In this document: in pieces, positions 17,163 to 27,700 of the stretch | How the letters are laid out: every line of letters begins with the position of its first letter | Numbering within the stretch: position 1 is the first letter of the stretch | NCBI GenBank assembly: GCA_021778805.1 | Contig: JAJYBV010000003.1 | Location: 48,542-80,541, forward strand | Length of the DNA: 32,000 nt | DNA from: Chloroflexota bacterium | GTDB taxonomy: Bacteria > Chloroflexota > Ktedonobacteria > Ktedonobacterales > JACDGC01 | Reading direction: 5' to 3' | Made by a program: the position numbers and the translations under genes | Notes under the pieces: generated by a model | Told to the model about the DNA's origin: nothing | Databases searched by the model: none | The model's input: only the letters and a program-made list of their open reading frames with translations

Positions 17163-17365
17163 ATGTAGTAGCCGTCATTGAGGCGATGAGTGAGCATTTT
17201 CACGAACATCACCGCGAAATTGTGGCGTTTAGCTGGAAGCTGTTCTGCGCAAAGTGGGCGCGGCTGTTAGATTGGACTGCAAAAGAGGTAGTTCGGCGCG
17301 CCAATGAGCAGCAGGAACGCGAATTTGAAAAACTGCGCAATGCGCATGAAATGCGAGGTATGTAA
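16740..17365 (+). CDS. tail assembly chaperone frameshift product (gpGT-like), -1 shift on the T-run 17045-17053
   Basis: The -1 frame is open from 17045 to TAA 17363-17365, which abuts the tape measure GTG start. In-frame heptamer T TTT TTT at 17045-17051. Confidence 0.6.
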
Positions 17366-19480
17366 GTGGGCGACGATGTATTTGTAACCATCGGCGGCAA
17401 TAGTATGCCGCTGCAAGACGCCATTGCCGGCGCAGAAGATAGTTTGCGTGGCTTTCAGGAACAGGCAAGCGTTAGCGGTGATACGCTGAATGAAACCGGC
17501 GGCGCGCTGGATGGATTTGGCGGCCGCGTTCAGGGATTGATTGGGCACTTGGGGCAATTAGCCACCCATTTTTTAACCACGTGGGCAGCCATTGAAACAT
17601 GGCAGGGGCTAAACCAAATTACCGGATATGTGCATAATTTTGCCAACGAAATGATCCAGTTAAATATTCAAACTGAAAAAAATGTGAATAGCTGGCAATA
17701 TCTCTTTGGCAGCCAACAAACTGCGCAGCAGCTTTCCAGCTGGACACAGCAGGAAAGCATTCATTTGCCCTTCACCCGGCAAGATTTAATGGGCGCCGTT
17801 TCCGCGCTGGGTTCTAAGCTTTCGGCGCAGCAAGTAGAACAATTTATTCCAACGCTTGGTGATCTTACAGCAACCCTTGGCGCGTCGGCGTTTGGCGGCC
17901 AAGGTCTTTCCCTGCAGCAGGCAGCGCTTGCGGTGATTGATATGATGGAAGGCCGCAGTATGATGCTGAAGCAGGAGATGAAGATAGATCCGGCTCAACT
18001 GGTGCAATATGGTTTAGACGCCACCGTCAGCAAATCCGGCGCCGTCTCCGTACACGACCCGAACACGCTGATTGGCGCGCTAGAGGCGTTTTCAAAACAG
18101 CGCGGGCTTGCCGGGGCAGCAGCGCAAACCAGCACCGATACATTTTGGGGCGCATGGTCGAGTATGGTGGATAGATTCCAAAATTTAGAGCTTGCCACTG
18201 GCAGCAGCCCATTTGCGGTTTTGAAAACCGATTTAAACGCGATTGCCGCGTGGTGGGACGCGCACCAAGGAATGATTACCCAGCTAGCTGATAGCATAGG
18301 AACCACCTTAGCCACTGGCCTGCAGGCCGCCGGAAACGGCGCCCAAGCGTTTGCTGAAGGCTTTGCAGGAATACAAACCAACTCTTCGGTGTTTGGCGCT
18401 CTGGGGGCGTTGGTAAAAAGTATTGGCTCCGACGCCGGCAGCCTATTCAGCGGTTTAGGGCAGGGGCTTACAAACGGCTCTGCAATGCATGGATTAAGCA
18501 CGGTCATAAGCAAAATCGGCGCGATATTAGCAAATCCGCTGGTGAAAAATGGCGTTCAGGCAATAGGGGAACTGCTCGGCTTTTCGCTCGGCGCCGGATT
18601 AAACAGCGCGGCGCTTATCGTTACACTCATTCAATCTGCCCTGCAATGGCTTACTCAGCACGCCGCGGCAACACAAGCGTTTGAGTATTTTTTAATTGCG
18701 TTGGCAGGCGTAATAACAGCCTCCCTTGTGCCGGCGTTTGCGGCATGGGCTATTGGCGCTACGGCGGCGGCAATTGCGCAAGCGGCCGCGCTATTGCCCA
18801 TATTAGCCATTGCCGCCGCTATTGCCGCATTGGCGCTGGGCATAGACGCCTTAGTTACCCATTGGAGCCAAATTTCTGAGTTTTTAGGCGCGCAATGGAA
18901 TCGCTTTACGGCGTGGCTTGCCGGATTGCCCAGCGCTATTTCTACCGGACTGCAAACCATTTGGAACACACTGTATGCATGGATCATCTCATTGGGAACC
19001 GATATGGCGCAATGGGGAGATGATATGATGCAAAACTTTATCAATGGCATTACCGGCGGAGCCGCGCGGCTATGGAATGCGGTTACTGGCGTAGCCGGCC
19101 AAATTGCCAGCGTGTTTCAGCACTCTACCCCGGCGCAAGGGCCACTGGCCGGCGATGATATGTGGATGAGCCATATGATCCAAAGTTTTGAAGATCAGCT
19201 GACGAATGGAATTCCCATCATTGCGCGCGCGTCGGTATCGGTAGGTTCTGCCATCCAAAGCGGCATTGTTGGGCAGCAAAGCAGCGCCGGCGTGGCGTCA
19301 ACCTACAGCAGCGCCTACACCACAACCTATGGCGCTACCGCAAATACGCTGCATGTATATGCGCAGAACGACACGCACATAGAACGAGTGGTGCGCAGTG
19401 TTTTGGCAGATACAAACCGGCAAGGAAATTATATGCTGCGCCGCGCCGGCGGCTTTGCAAATTTTGGGGGAATTGGATGA
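17366..19480 (+). CDS. tape measure protein
   Basis: 704 aa, GTG start after GAGGT, Ala/Gly/Leu-rich with hydrophobic central segment, canonical position. Confidence 0.85.
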   Translation: MGDDVFVTIGGNSMPLQDAIAGAEDSLRGFQEQASVSGDTLNETGGALDGFGGRVQGLIGHLGQLATHFLTTWAAIETWQGLNQITGYVHNFANEMIQLNIQTEKNVNSWQYLFGSQQTAQQLSSWTQQESIHLPFTRQDLMGAVSALGSKLSAQQVEQFIPTLGDLTATLGASAFGGQGLSLQQAALAVIDMMEGRSMMLKQEMKIDPAQLVQYGLDATVSKSGAVSVHDPNTLIGALEAFSKQRGLAGAAAQTSTDTFWGAWSSMVDRFQNLELATGSSPFAVLKTDLNAIAAWWDAHQGMITQLADSIGTTLATGLQAAGNGAQAFAEGFAGIQTNSSVFGALGALVKSIGSDAGSLFSGLGQGLTNGSAMHGLSTVISKIGAILANPLVKNGVQAIGELLGFSLGAGLNSAALIVTLIQSALQWLTQHAAATQAFEYFLIALAGVITASLVPAFAAWAIGATAAAIAQAAALLPILAIAAAIAALALGIDALVTHWSQISEFLGAQWNRFTAWLAGLPSAISTGLQTIWNTLYAWIISLGTDMAQWGDDMMQNFINGITGGAARLWNAVTGVAGQIASVFQHSTPAQGPLAGDDMWMSHMIQSFEDQLTNGIPIIARASVSVGSAIQSGIVGQQSSAGVASTYSSAYTTTYGATANTLHVYAQNDTHIERVVRSVLADTNRQGNYMLRRAGGFANFGGIG

Positions 19481-22071
19481 CGTATTTCACGACGTTGCAG
19501 GTGTGCAGTTTTAACGCTATCACCCAAACGTACACCACGGTGTTTGACCTGAATAATCTAACATCGACCTTTTTAACGGCTACCAAGATGGATCAGCCGC
19601 AAAAAGCCATTGCGCGCGGCTTTAATATGCGCACGCCGGGTGAGTATATATCGAAACAGCAGTATAAAAATCGGCACATACAGGCCAGCGTAAACATTCG
19701 GGGCGCAAACACAACCGCGCTGCTGGCAACCGTGCGCAGCCTGATTGCGGCGATAGAGCAGCCGCCCTATTATTTAAAAGTGCAGCTGCCTTCCGGCGCA
19801 CAATATAGCTACATTCAAGTGCGCGCCGTAACCTACACCATTCCATCCGACACAATGGCCATATTGGCCGGCGCGCTGCATACAATAAGCATAGATTTTG
19901 AGTGCGATCCCTTCTTTTTAGGTGATTGGGTAACATTGCAAAATGTATTGATGAACCCCGGTTTTGAAGCGCCGGCCACAAACCCCGTTACCGTTTTTCT
20001 GGACGCGCTGAATAACGCCGATGCGTATACGGTTGCGCTGGGCACAGCGCCAAGCGTTTCAGCCAACGCTATGACGATACCAGTAAGCACGTGCTTAACC
20101 TTTGGCTCACCAGCGTGGCGCAGCGGCATTTGGACGTTTTTATTTACCGCCGCAAGCGGAATGGATATGGTGTTTGGCGCTAATTTTACGAATATCTCTA
20201 ATTTGCTTGGTGTTACCCTTACCCAAACTTCGTTTAATGTTACACAAATTATCAATGGTATTAATGACACCGCGCAAACTGCCGCTATCAGCCTGACGGC
20301 CGGCGCCGAATATTGGCTGCAAGTATACGAGTTTCCGGTGTTTAATGGGGCGCCGGCGCAAATTACCGCAACACTATACACCAATAACAGCGGCAATTTA
20401 GGAACGCAAGTGGCAACGATTACCGGAATGAGCTTTATAGCGGCGTATAGCGGCCTTTCGTGCTTGTGGAACCGCGCTGGCTCTCAAACACTCGTTATAG
20501 GCGCCACTGGTGTTTCTGGCAGTGTGCAGCTGTTTGGCCCCGGCGGATGGTGGTGGAATGGCGGATCGGGCAGCGTAGGAATCTGCGCCGGCGCCTGGGA
20601 ACAAACAGTTGCCAATACATTTTCCGGCGGCCCGGTTAGCTCCTTAGGCGCATTTCGGATAGAGCTGCCGGCGTCGGGCATGTGGATGTGCACCCTAACC
20701 AACGCAAACCTTGCGTCGGCAGCGCAAATTGCGGCAACAGCCTCGCCGGTTGCCCCGAATATGGAATATTCCCTATCGTTTTGGATGCTGGCGCCGAATG
20801 TTGGCAATAATTGTTATATCGAATCGGTGGTGAATTTGTACGATATCAGCGGCAACTATATTTCCAGTATCGTCTTAACAGAACAATTGGGGAAAACTGC
20901 GGCATGGCGCCAAACCGTAGCGTCGTATACAACCCCTTCAAACGCCTATTATTGCGCCTTCCAGATTGAAATGTTTGATAGCGTATCAGCTGAATCACCC
21001 AGCGCAACCATTTGGATAGATAATGGGCAGATGTATGCTGGCGCGGCAAACAGCGTGCCCTATTGCGAGTTGCGTTTTCCGGCTGGCCCCGCGCAGCTGC
21101 TGGTTAGCGGTCTGCTAGGAGATGTTGCCGCGCCGGGCACATTGGCTATTGGCGGTTTGCCGGCAGGCGGTTCGCTGCAGCCCAATAGTATTTTTACGGC
21201 GTATGTCGGGCGGCGGCAATATGCAGCGCAGCAAACGCGCATTATTACCCCTGCGCTGTGTACATCGCAAGATGGTTTTTTGCAGCAGCAAATGGCGTAT
21301 CCATCTGCATTGGGCGGCTATATCGCGGCGTTTGCCGGCGCGTCGTCTAATTATTCCGCAGTATTCGTTCCGGCTTCCTTGCAGGAATACACGGGCACAT
21401 ATCATCTGTTTTGCCGCGCGCTGATGCAAGATTCAACCTATAGCACCCGAACCCTGCAAGGGGGCGCCTATGAGGCAAAGAATTATTGGGGCGGCTCGCC
21501 GCAGCAGATTTTGGGATTGGCGCAAACCGCGGCGATCACCCCATTTACCGCGCAAAATACCTGGCAGATTATTGATTGCGGCGTTCTCACGCTGCCGCCA
21601 TTTCCAAAATCTGACCAAATTCAGCTTACGCACGTAGAGGGACTGCCATATGTGCAATCGACGAATGCGCAATTTGGCATGTGGGTGGATTGGCTGGCGC
21701 TGCTGCCGGTGGAAACCGAATTGATTGCGCTGACGTTTCAAAATCCTGCATCCAGCAGCGCCGTGAGCGGGTGGGTGTGGCTGTATGTGGATGGCTCGCA
21801 GCCTACGCAAAAAAGTGTGAGCTGGAGCATAGAGGTTACTGCCGCGCCGAATATGCAATTAAGCGGCGGCGGCCCGGGAACCATGCAGCAAACCAGCCCC
21901 AGTGTTATTGCCACCGCAGATGAATCGCTGCTGCTAGACCCCACCATTACGACGCCAAGTGGTATCAGTGGGGTAAATCAATATATTGCGTTTATCAGCG
22001 ACAGCGCCGCGAATGTATTGAATGTTGTTTGCGAGCTGGGATACGCGCCGCGCTATCTTTACCCGAGGTGA
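19477..22071 (+). CDS. large distal tail / tail-tip structural protein with carbohydrate-binding-like middle region
   Basis: 864 aa, ATGA overlap with the tape measure stop. Confidence 0.6.
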   Translation: MTYFTTLQVCSFNAITQTYTTVFDLNNLTSTFLTATKMDQPQKAIARGFNMRTPGEYISKQQYKNRHIQASVNIRGANTTALLATVRSLIAAIEQPPYYLKVQLPSGAQYSYIQVRAVTYTIPSDTMAILAGALHTISIDFECDPFFLGDWVTLQNVLMNPGFEAPATNPVTVFLDALNNADAYTVALGTAPSVSANAMTIPVSTCLTFGSPAWRSGIWTFLFTAASGMDMVFGANFTNISNLLGVTLTQTSFNVTQIINGINDTAQTAAISLTAGAEYWLQVYEFPVFNGAPAQITATLYTNNSGNLGTQVATITGMSFIAAYSGLSCLWNRAGSQTLVIGATGVSGSVQLFGPGGWWWNGGSGSVGICAGAWEQTVANTFSGGPVSSLGAFRIELPASGMWMCTLTNANLASAAQIAATASPVAPNMEYSLSFWMLAPNVGNNCYIESVVNLYDISGNYISSIVLTEQLGKTAAWRQTVASYTTPSNAYYCAFQIEMFDSVSAESPSATIWIDNGQMYAGAANSVPYCELRFPAGPAQLLVSGLLGDVAAPGTLAIGGLPAGGSLQPNSIFTAYVGRRQYAAQQTRIITPALCTSQDGFLQQQMAYPSALGGYIAAFAGASSNYSAVFVPASLQEYTGTYHLFCRALMQDSTYSTRTLQGGAYEAKNYWGGSPQQILGLAQTAAITPFTAQNTWQIIDCGVLTLPPFPKSDQIQLTHVEGLPYVQSTNAQFGMWVDWLALLPVETELIALTFQNPASSSAVSGWVWLYVDGSQPTQKSVSWSIEVTAAPNMQLSGGGPGTMQQTSPSVIATADESLLLDPTITTPSGISGVNQYIAFISDSAANVLNVVCELGYAPRYLYPR

Positions 22072-22078
22072 TGGATGT

Positions 22079-23551
22079 ATGCTGAAAAGCGGATTAAGTG
22101 TGTATTGCTATTCGTTAAGCAACCCGGTGCGCGCCATAAATTATACCCAGTATGTTACAAACCTGTCATTCACCACGGTAGCGCCGGGCGGCTTTGGGCA
22201 GGCAACCTGCACGATATTGCTGCCTGATAGCCGGGTATTTCATCCGGAACTTCAGATTTTTGCGCGCATGGCCATTATGGCGCAGCGCACGTGTGTTTTT
22301 ATCGGTGAAATTGCGGAGGCGCCCCTACTTAATTCAGATACGGAAGAGGGCATTTCTATTACCGCATTGGGGTTAGGCGCTACCTTGCGCGACGATCCGG
22401 AAGATGTAAGCTATTCGGCGCAAACCCCACTGCAAATTGTGAACGACCAATTTACGCGCCGCGCCGCATATTTGGTGATTGATCCGGATACGTCTGAGGT
22501 ATTTCCAGATCAGCCCAGCGCAACCTTCTCACCGGCGTATACAGGGCGCAATATGGAAGAGGTCATTGCGGATGTAGCCATTTTGGCTGGTGTATATAGT
22601 TGGGGAACCTGGGCGCACCCCACGCATGTAGACGCTTTAGGCTTTCCAACCGGGCAATTGACGGTGCGGAAAACCGATCGCGAAACCGTTGCGTATCAGG
22701 CAAGCATATCTGGCGGGGATAGTACGCGATACACCATTTCGCCGAGCATGGAACGCGCATACAATGTGATAGCAATAACGTTTAACGATGCTAGCCAAAC
22801 ACCGCCGGTTGGGACGGCGGTATATACGGATCCGCGGCTGAATGCGGATGGCAGCCAAGGCACAGCGCCATTTCGGCGGCGAAAATACAGCCGCGATATG
22901 ACGACGGTTTCAATGGTTTCAATGGCGCAGGCGCAGGCGATTGCGAACGCCTATGGCGCGCAGATGCAAAATATTTCAAATAAAGTGGAACTTACGCTGC
23001 GCAACCTGCAAAACGCCGATGGCGCGCCGATACCGCTTTGGATGGCGGCCGCAGATAAAAATATTGCGGTGCCAGAGTTAACGCCGCGCGGCGCTGCAAT
23101 TTCTGCAAGCTATACGCCGGGAACAAATCTGTTTTATATTGTGCAAACCACGTATACCGAAACCGCAACGGATATGAACGTGGTATTGGAATGCGATAAC
23201 TATATTGATACGGCAAACATGCAAATAGCGCGCTTGCAATTGGCGAGCGATGCGCTGGCGCGCAGTAAAACAACAACCGGCGCAGTGCAAACGTCGGGCG
23301 CGCCAGAAATTGGGTATTGCGGCCTATCGCTGCCGAGCATGGGCGCGGGGCAATCGGCCAGTATTGTTGTGCATTTTAAGACCATAATGAAGCATGTTCC
23401 AACCTCTATTACGCTGAACGCGGTGCAAACGGCAAATGTTTCCACAAGTAGCGCAAACAGCATGACAGCGTATGGATTCGTTCTAACGCTTACGGCGTTG
23501 GCAGCCGGCGCAATGACGTATTACGCAACATATACCACGGTAGGGAATTAG
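22079..23551 (+). CDS. tail-tip / receptor-binding structural protein
   Basis: ATG 22079 with GAGGTG 8 nt upstream (ORF track 22022..23551); 490 aa; last structural gene before lysis. Confidence 0.55.
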   Translation: MLKSGLSVYCYSLSNPVRAINYTQYVTNLSFTTVAPGGFGQATCTILLPDSRVFHPELQIFARMAIMAQRTCVFIGEIAEAPLLNSDTEEGISITALGLGATLRDDPEDVSYSAQTPLQIVNDQFTRRAAYLVIDPDTSEVFPDQPSATFSPAYTGRNMEEVIADVAILAGVYSWGTWAHPTHVDALGFPTGQLTVRKTDRETVAYQASISGGDSTRYTISPSMERAYNVIAITFNDASQTPPVGTAVYTDPRLNADGSQGTAPFRRRKYSRDMTTVSMVSMAQAQAIANAYGAQMQNISNKVELTLRNLQNADGAPIPLWMAAADKNIAVPELTPRGAAISASYTPGTNLFYIVQTTYTETATDMNVVLECDNYIDTANMQIARLQLASDALARSKTTTGAVQTSGAPEIGYCGLSLPSMGAGQSASIVVHFKTIMKHVPTSITLNAVQTANVSTSSANSMTAYGFVLTLTALAAGAMTYYATYTTVGN

Positions 23552-23554
23552 CAG

Positions 23555-23908
23555 ATGACGGGAACCCGAACGTATAACGCGGCGCCGCGGCTGCAAACGA
23601 TAGAATCGCAATTAGAAACCAATGCGTCGCAAATAGCGTCGTTAACAGCGCAGGTAAGTAGGTTAACCGATATTATGGAGAAATTAACGACAACGGCAGC
23701 GGCGCACGCCACGCATATAGACAACTTGCGCGAAGAAAACCGACGGATATCCCAAGCGCTCGATTCGTTAAATGGCGTCGCGGCGCAGCGCCAAAACCAA
23801 ACCAACGGACAATTATTTCAGGCGTCTATTTCGGGGGCGCAAATGCTGATGACGGTGGTTTGGATTGTGATAGGGTATTTATTAAGCTGGGCGCTGACTC
23901 AAAAATAG
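23555..23908 (+). CDS. XhlA-type holin-associated membrane protein
   Basis: 117 aa, N-terminal coiled coil and single C-terminal TM segment (MLMTVVWIVIGYLLSWAL), directly upstream of the lysin. Confidence 0.55.
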   Translation: MTGTRTYNAAPRLQTIESQLETNASQIASLTAQVSRLTDIMEKLTTTAAAHATHIDNLREENRRISQALDSLNGVAAQRQNQTNGQLFQASISGAQMLMTVVWIVIGYLLSWALTQK

Positions 23909-23929
23909 CACAAAGGATACATACACATC

Positions 23930-24694
23930 ATGGATGACGTTAACAAAGAAAAATGCGGCGAGGTGGCAGGCCGCGCGGCGCTGATTATTGGGAATGAATG
24001 CGAATTTTGGGGCATACAAGAATTTGTTGCGGCGGCGCGGTGGGCAAAGGCGCATGGGATAGACACGATCAACCCAAAGCGCGCCAATGGAGCGGATCGT
24101 TGGTATAAGAAGGCGGCGCAGTTAGCAGAAGAATACCGCGCGGTAACAGCCGAAGGGGTGGGCTATATTCCATTTGGTTATGTTTACACGCTGCCGCGAT
24201 GCTATGGCATGGGGTATATAGAGGCGCAGGCAGAGCTGATGATAGAGATGCAGCGCACAATTGGCGCCCTGCAGCCCGATACTATTGGCTGGGTTATGGC
24301 AGATATGGAGGTGGAAATGAATGGCAGATTAGATTGCGCGGAGTGTTTTACGCAATTATTGGCGCCGGGCCGCGATTTGCTGTTTGTAACCAGTTGGGCC
24401 GATCCGCGAGAGCAAAATTGGCTGGGTGTGCTGAACATTTTGCGGAACTGTTTGAACTGCTTTCTGCCGCAAGCGTATAACGATTGGCTGGAAAGCAGAG
24501 AATATGCGGAGTTGCCGCAAGATATGTGCATACAAACGATGATTGACCTGACGCAGGAGTTTGGGGCAAATCAACAAATAGCTATTGCACAAGCGGCAAA
24601 GGCGCATGGGCAAACAACAATATGGATGTGGGAATATCAGGCGGCGCTGCGAAACCCCGCGTTGGTAGATGAGCTAGTGAGGGAAATGCTATAA
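23930..24694 (+). CDS. putative endolysin (glycoside-hydrolase-like; family uncertain)
   Basis: 254 aa, last phage gene after the holin-like gene, AAGGA RBS; assignment mostly positional. Confidence 0.45.
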   Translation: MDDVNKEKCGEVAGRAALIIGNECEFWGIQEFVAAARWAKAHGIDTINPKRANGADRWYKKAAQLAEEYRAVTAEGVGYIPFGYVYTLPRCYGMGYIEAQAELMIEMQRTIGALQPDTIGWVMADMEVEMNGRLDCAECFTQLLAPGRDLLFVTSWADPREQNWLGVLNILRNCLNCFLPQAYNDWLESREYAELPQDMCIQTMIDLTQEFGANQQIAIAQAAKAHGQTTIWMWEYQAALRNPALVDELVREML

Positions 24695-24697
24695 AAT

Positions 24698-24730
24698 AGG
24701 TGGTTGTTTCTATAATGGAAACAACCACCT
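24698..24730. terminator. perfect 13-bp hairpin, candidate bidirectional terminator at the phage-array junction
   Basis: AGGTGGTTGTTTC-TATAATG-GAAACAACCACCT; followed by TTTC on the plus strand and by ATTTTAT on the minus strand; its last 2 nt are the first 2 nt of CRISPR repeat 1. Confidence 0.55.
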
Positions 24731-27700
24731 TTCAGTATCCTCAACGGATCGAATGGCAATGAAACATATGCAACGATTTATTGCAGTTCAACCCTTTGTC
24801 ACCTTTCAGTATCCTCAACGGATCGAATGGCAATGAAACGGCTATTTTCAGCACCAGTCACCAGTCCAGGCGCTACCTTTCAGTATCCTCAACGGATCGA
24901 ATGGCAATGAAACCGCAAGGCTTAGCCTTGTGTAACCCGCAACAGGCAACCTTTCAGTATCCTCAACGGATCGAATGGCAATGAAACAGCGATTGCTGGC
25001 GCTGACCGAATTTACCAAGCAAATTCTCCTTTCAGTATCCTCAACGGATCGAATGGCAATGAAACTGCGCGATTGCGCAAGCGCAGGAATACCGGGACGA
25101 TCCTTTCAGTATCCTCAACGGATCGAATGGCAATGAAACGTCATCGTCACAAATAATCCATACAACCAATTATCCGCCTTTCAGTATCCTCAACGGATCG
25201 AATGGCAATGAAACACTCCGCAATTATGGAGAAACGTTTTTAATCCGTCACTTTCAGTATCCTCAACGGATCGAATGGCAATGAAACATAGTCTGACACA
25301 ACGCTGCGCAATCGCGCAAGCGCCTTTCAGTATCCTCAACGGATCGAATGGCAATGAAACTGCGGCAGACTTTGCCGCAAACGGCTACCCTGAAACTTTC
25401 AGTATCCTCAACGGATCGAATGGCAATGAAACATTTCCGAATCAGAATTGTCCTGCTCCTGCACCGCCTTTCAGTATCCTCAACGGATCGAATGGCAATG
25501 AAACTAACGACAATGGCAAAATATGATGTAACTTTCAAATGCTTTCAGTATCCTCAACGGATCGAATGGCAATGAAACTCACGCGCTGCGCGCGGCGCGG
25601 CGTGATCGGCACAATCTTTCAGTATCCTCAACGGATCGAATGGCAATGAAACGTTACAGCGCGTTACATCGCGATACATCGCGTTACACTTTCAGTATCC
25701 TCAACGGATCGAATGGCAATGAAACCGACGCGAGACATTCAAATCTACGACAACATCCACAGCTTTCAGTATCCTCAACGGATCGAATGGCAATGAAACA
25801 CCCTATTTGTATGAGCAATTTGGGAAATACGAACCTTTCAGTATCCTCAACGGATCGAATGGCAATGAAACACCACTGCTCTGAAAATATCACAGATTAT
25901 TCTTTCAGTATCCTCAACGGATCGAATGGCAATGAAACATATAGTTTCTCCCCGCGAATGAGAAACGAACGACCTTTCAGTATCCTCAACGGATCGAATG
26001 GCAATGAAACATATGACCCCAACGACGTGGTCGCGGCGCGGCCCCCCTTTCAGTATCCTCAACGGATCGAATGGCAATGAAACCTCGAACCAGATGGCTA
26101 CGTAGTCATCCGGATTTTTGCTTTCAGTATCCTCAACGGATCGAATGGCAATGAAACTTACATCAGTAATCTAAATAATCCCTATCCCCTCGCCGCTTTC
26201 AGTATCCTCAACGGATCGAATGGCAATGAAACAACGAAAGTAAATACGTTGCCTGATTCAACGCTTCGATCTTTCAGTATCCTCAACGGATCGAATGGCA
26301 ATGAAACATCAACAGTATTTCGTTCTGTCTGTAGGCGTCGAGCTTTCAGTATCCTCAACGGATCGAATGGCAATGAAACTTTCATGTATCCGTTGATGAT
26401 GTGTTGCACGCTGCTCTTTCAGTATCCTCAACGGATCGAATGGCAATGAAACTTAGTCCAGTCATTGACGAATGCCGCAAAAACAGAGATCCTTTCAGTA
26501 TCCTCAACGGATCGAATGGCAATGAAACGCAGCATGGGAAATAGTAACTATGTCATTTTTTTTTTCCTTTCAGTATCCTCAACGGATCGAATGGCAATGA
26601 AACAGCATTCATCCCTCCATATCCATCACTGCTGCGAATATCTTTCAGTATCCTCAACGGATCGAATGGCAATGAAACACTAATGCCAGTAAACCGGCTG
26701 ATTGACGCAATACCTTTCAGTATCCTCAACGGATCGAATGGCAATGAAACAAATTGTTACCGTTACGAGTCCCGCGACGGGATCATCTTTCAGTATCCTC
26801 AACGGATCGAATGGCAATGAAACCCACCGTAGAAAGCCGCGCGGGATACTAACTCACACACCTTTCAGTATCCTCAACGGATCGAATGGCAATGAAACAT
26901 AGATGTCATATACGTATTCGCTATATTGACGCCACTTTCAGTATCCTCAACGGATCGAATGGCAATGAAACTCATCTGACCTCATCGCCATGGATTGTTA
27001 ATTCCACGACCTTTCAGTATCCTCAACGGATCGAATGGCAATGAAACATCGGGAATCTGCTACGATCCGCGGTATGGATCCAGCTTTCAGTATCCTCAAC
27101 GGATCGAATGGCAATGAAACGCCGGTACTATCTGCTGCATACGTAAAATTGCTAAACTTTCAGTATCCTCAACGGATCGAATGGCAATGAAACAACAAAT
27201 ATCGATAATTTACAACTAGTCCTGCAATCCTTTCAGTATCCTCAACGGATCGAATGGCAATGAAACTGACCAGCGCCATTTCCGAGATACCCACGAATCC
27301 GGTCTTTCAGTATCCTCAACGGATCGAATGGCAATGAAACAGTAACAACTTGTGCAATCCTGCATAGGTGTACGTAGCTTTCAGTATCCTCAACGGATCG
27401 AATGGCAATGAAACCTGCCGAGCAGCTGTACCACGAATACCTGCAGAAGTCTTTCAGTATCCTCAACGGATCGAATGGCAATGAAACGTAGAGCACCTTT
27501 AGAACAAAGGTGCGTTAGGATAAACTTTCAGTATCCTCAACGGATCGAATGGCAATGAAACCAGATTTTCCCGCATTAGTCCCTACGTACACCTATGCCT
27601 TTCAGTATCCTCAACGGATCGAATGGCAATGAAACGTGTCGTTATGCTTGCCATGTTAGCCTCCAGTGTGATCTTTCAGTATCCTCAACGGATCGAATGG

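Larger units (their letters stand above)
3289..24728 (+). mobile_element. prophage segment (siphovirus-type tail, Mu-like head module); boundaries provisional, lysogeny module absent from the window
   Basis: Abrupt shift to GC-richer sequence after the tRNA fragment. About 25 co-oriented genes run in canonical order replication-terminase-portal-head-tail-lysis. The segment ends 34 nt before the CRISPR array. Confidence 0.85.

Noticed and set aside
19477-23551. Diversity-generating retroelement or phase-variable tail fibre
   Set aside because: No reverse transcriptase, template repeat or invertase is in the window, and no internal near-repeat of the C-terminal regions was seen.
24695-24728. 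Idea that the prophage replaced the CRISPR leader (array read on the plus strand, because the repeat ends in AATGAAAC)
   Set aside because: PAM-side anchoring of overlapping spacers and the better minus-strand U-tract of the junction hairpin point to minus-strand transcription. That makes this the trailer end. The idea is not fully excluded.
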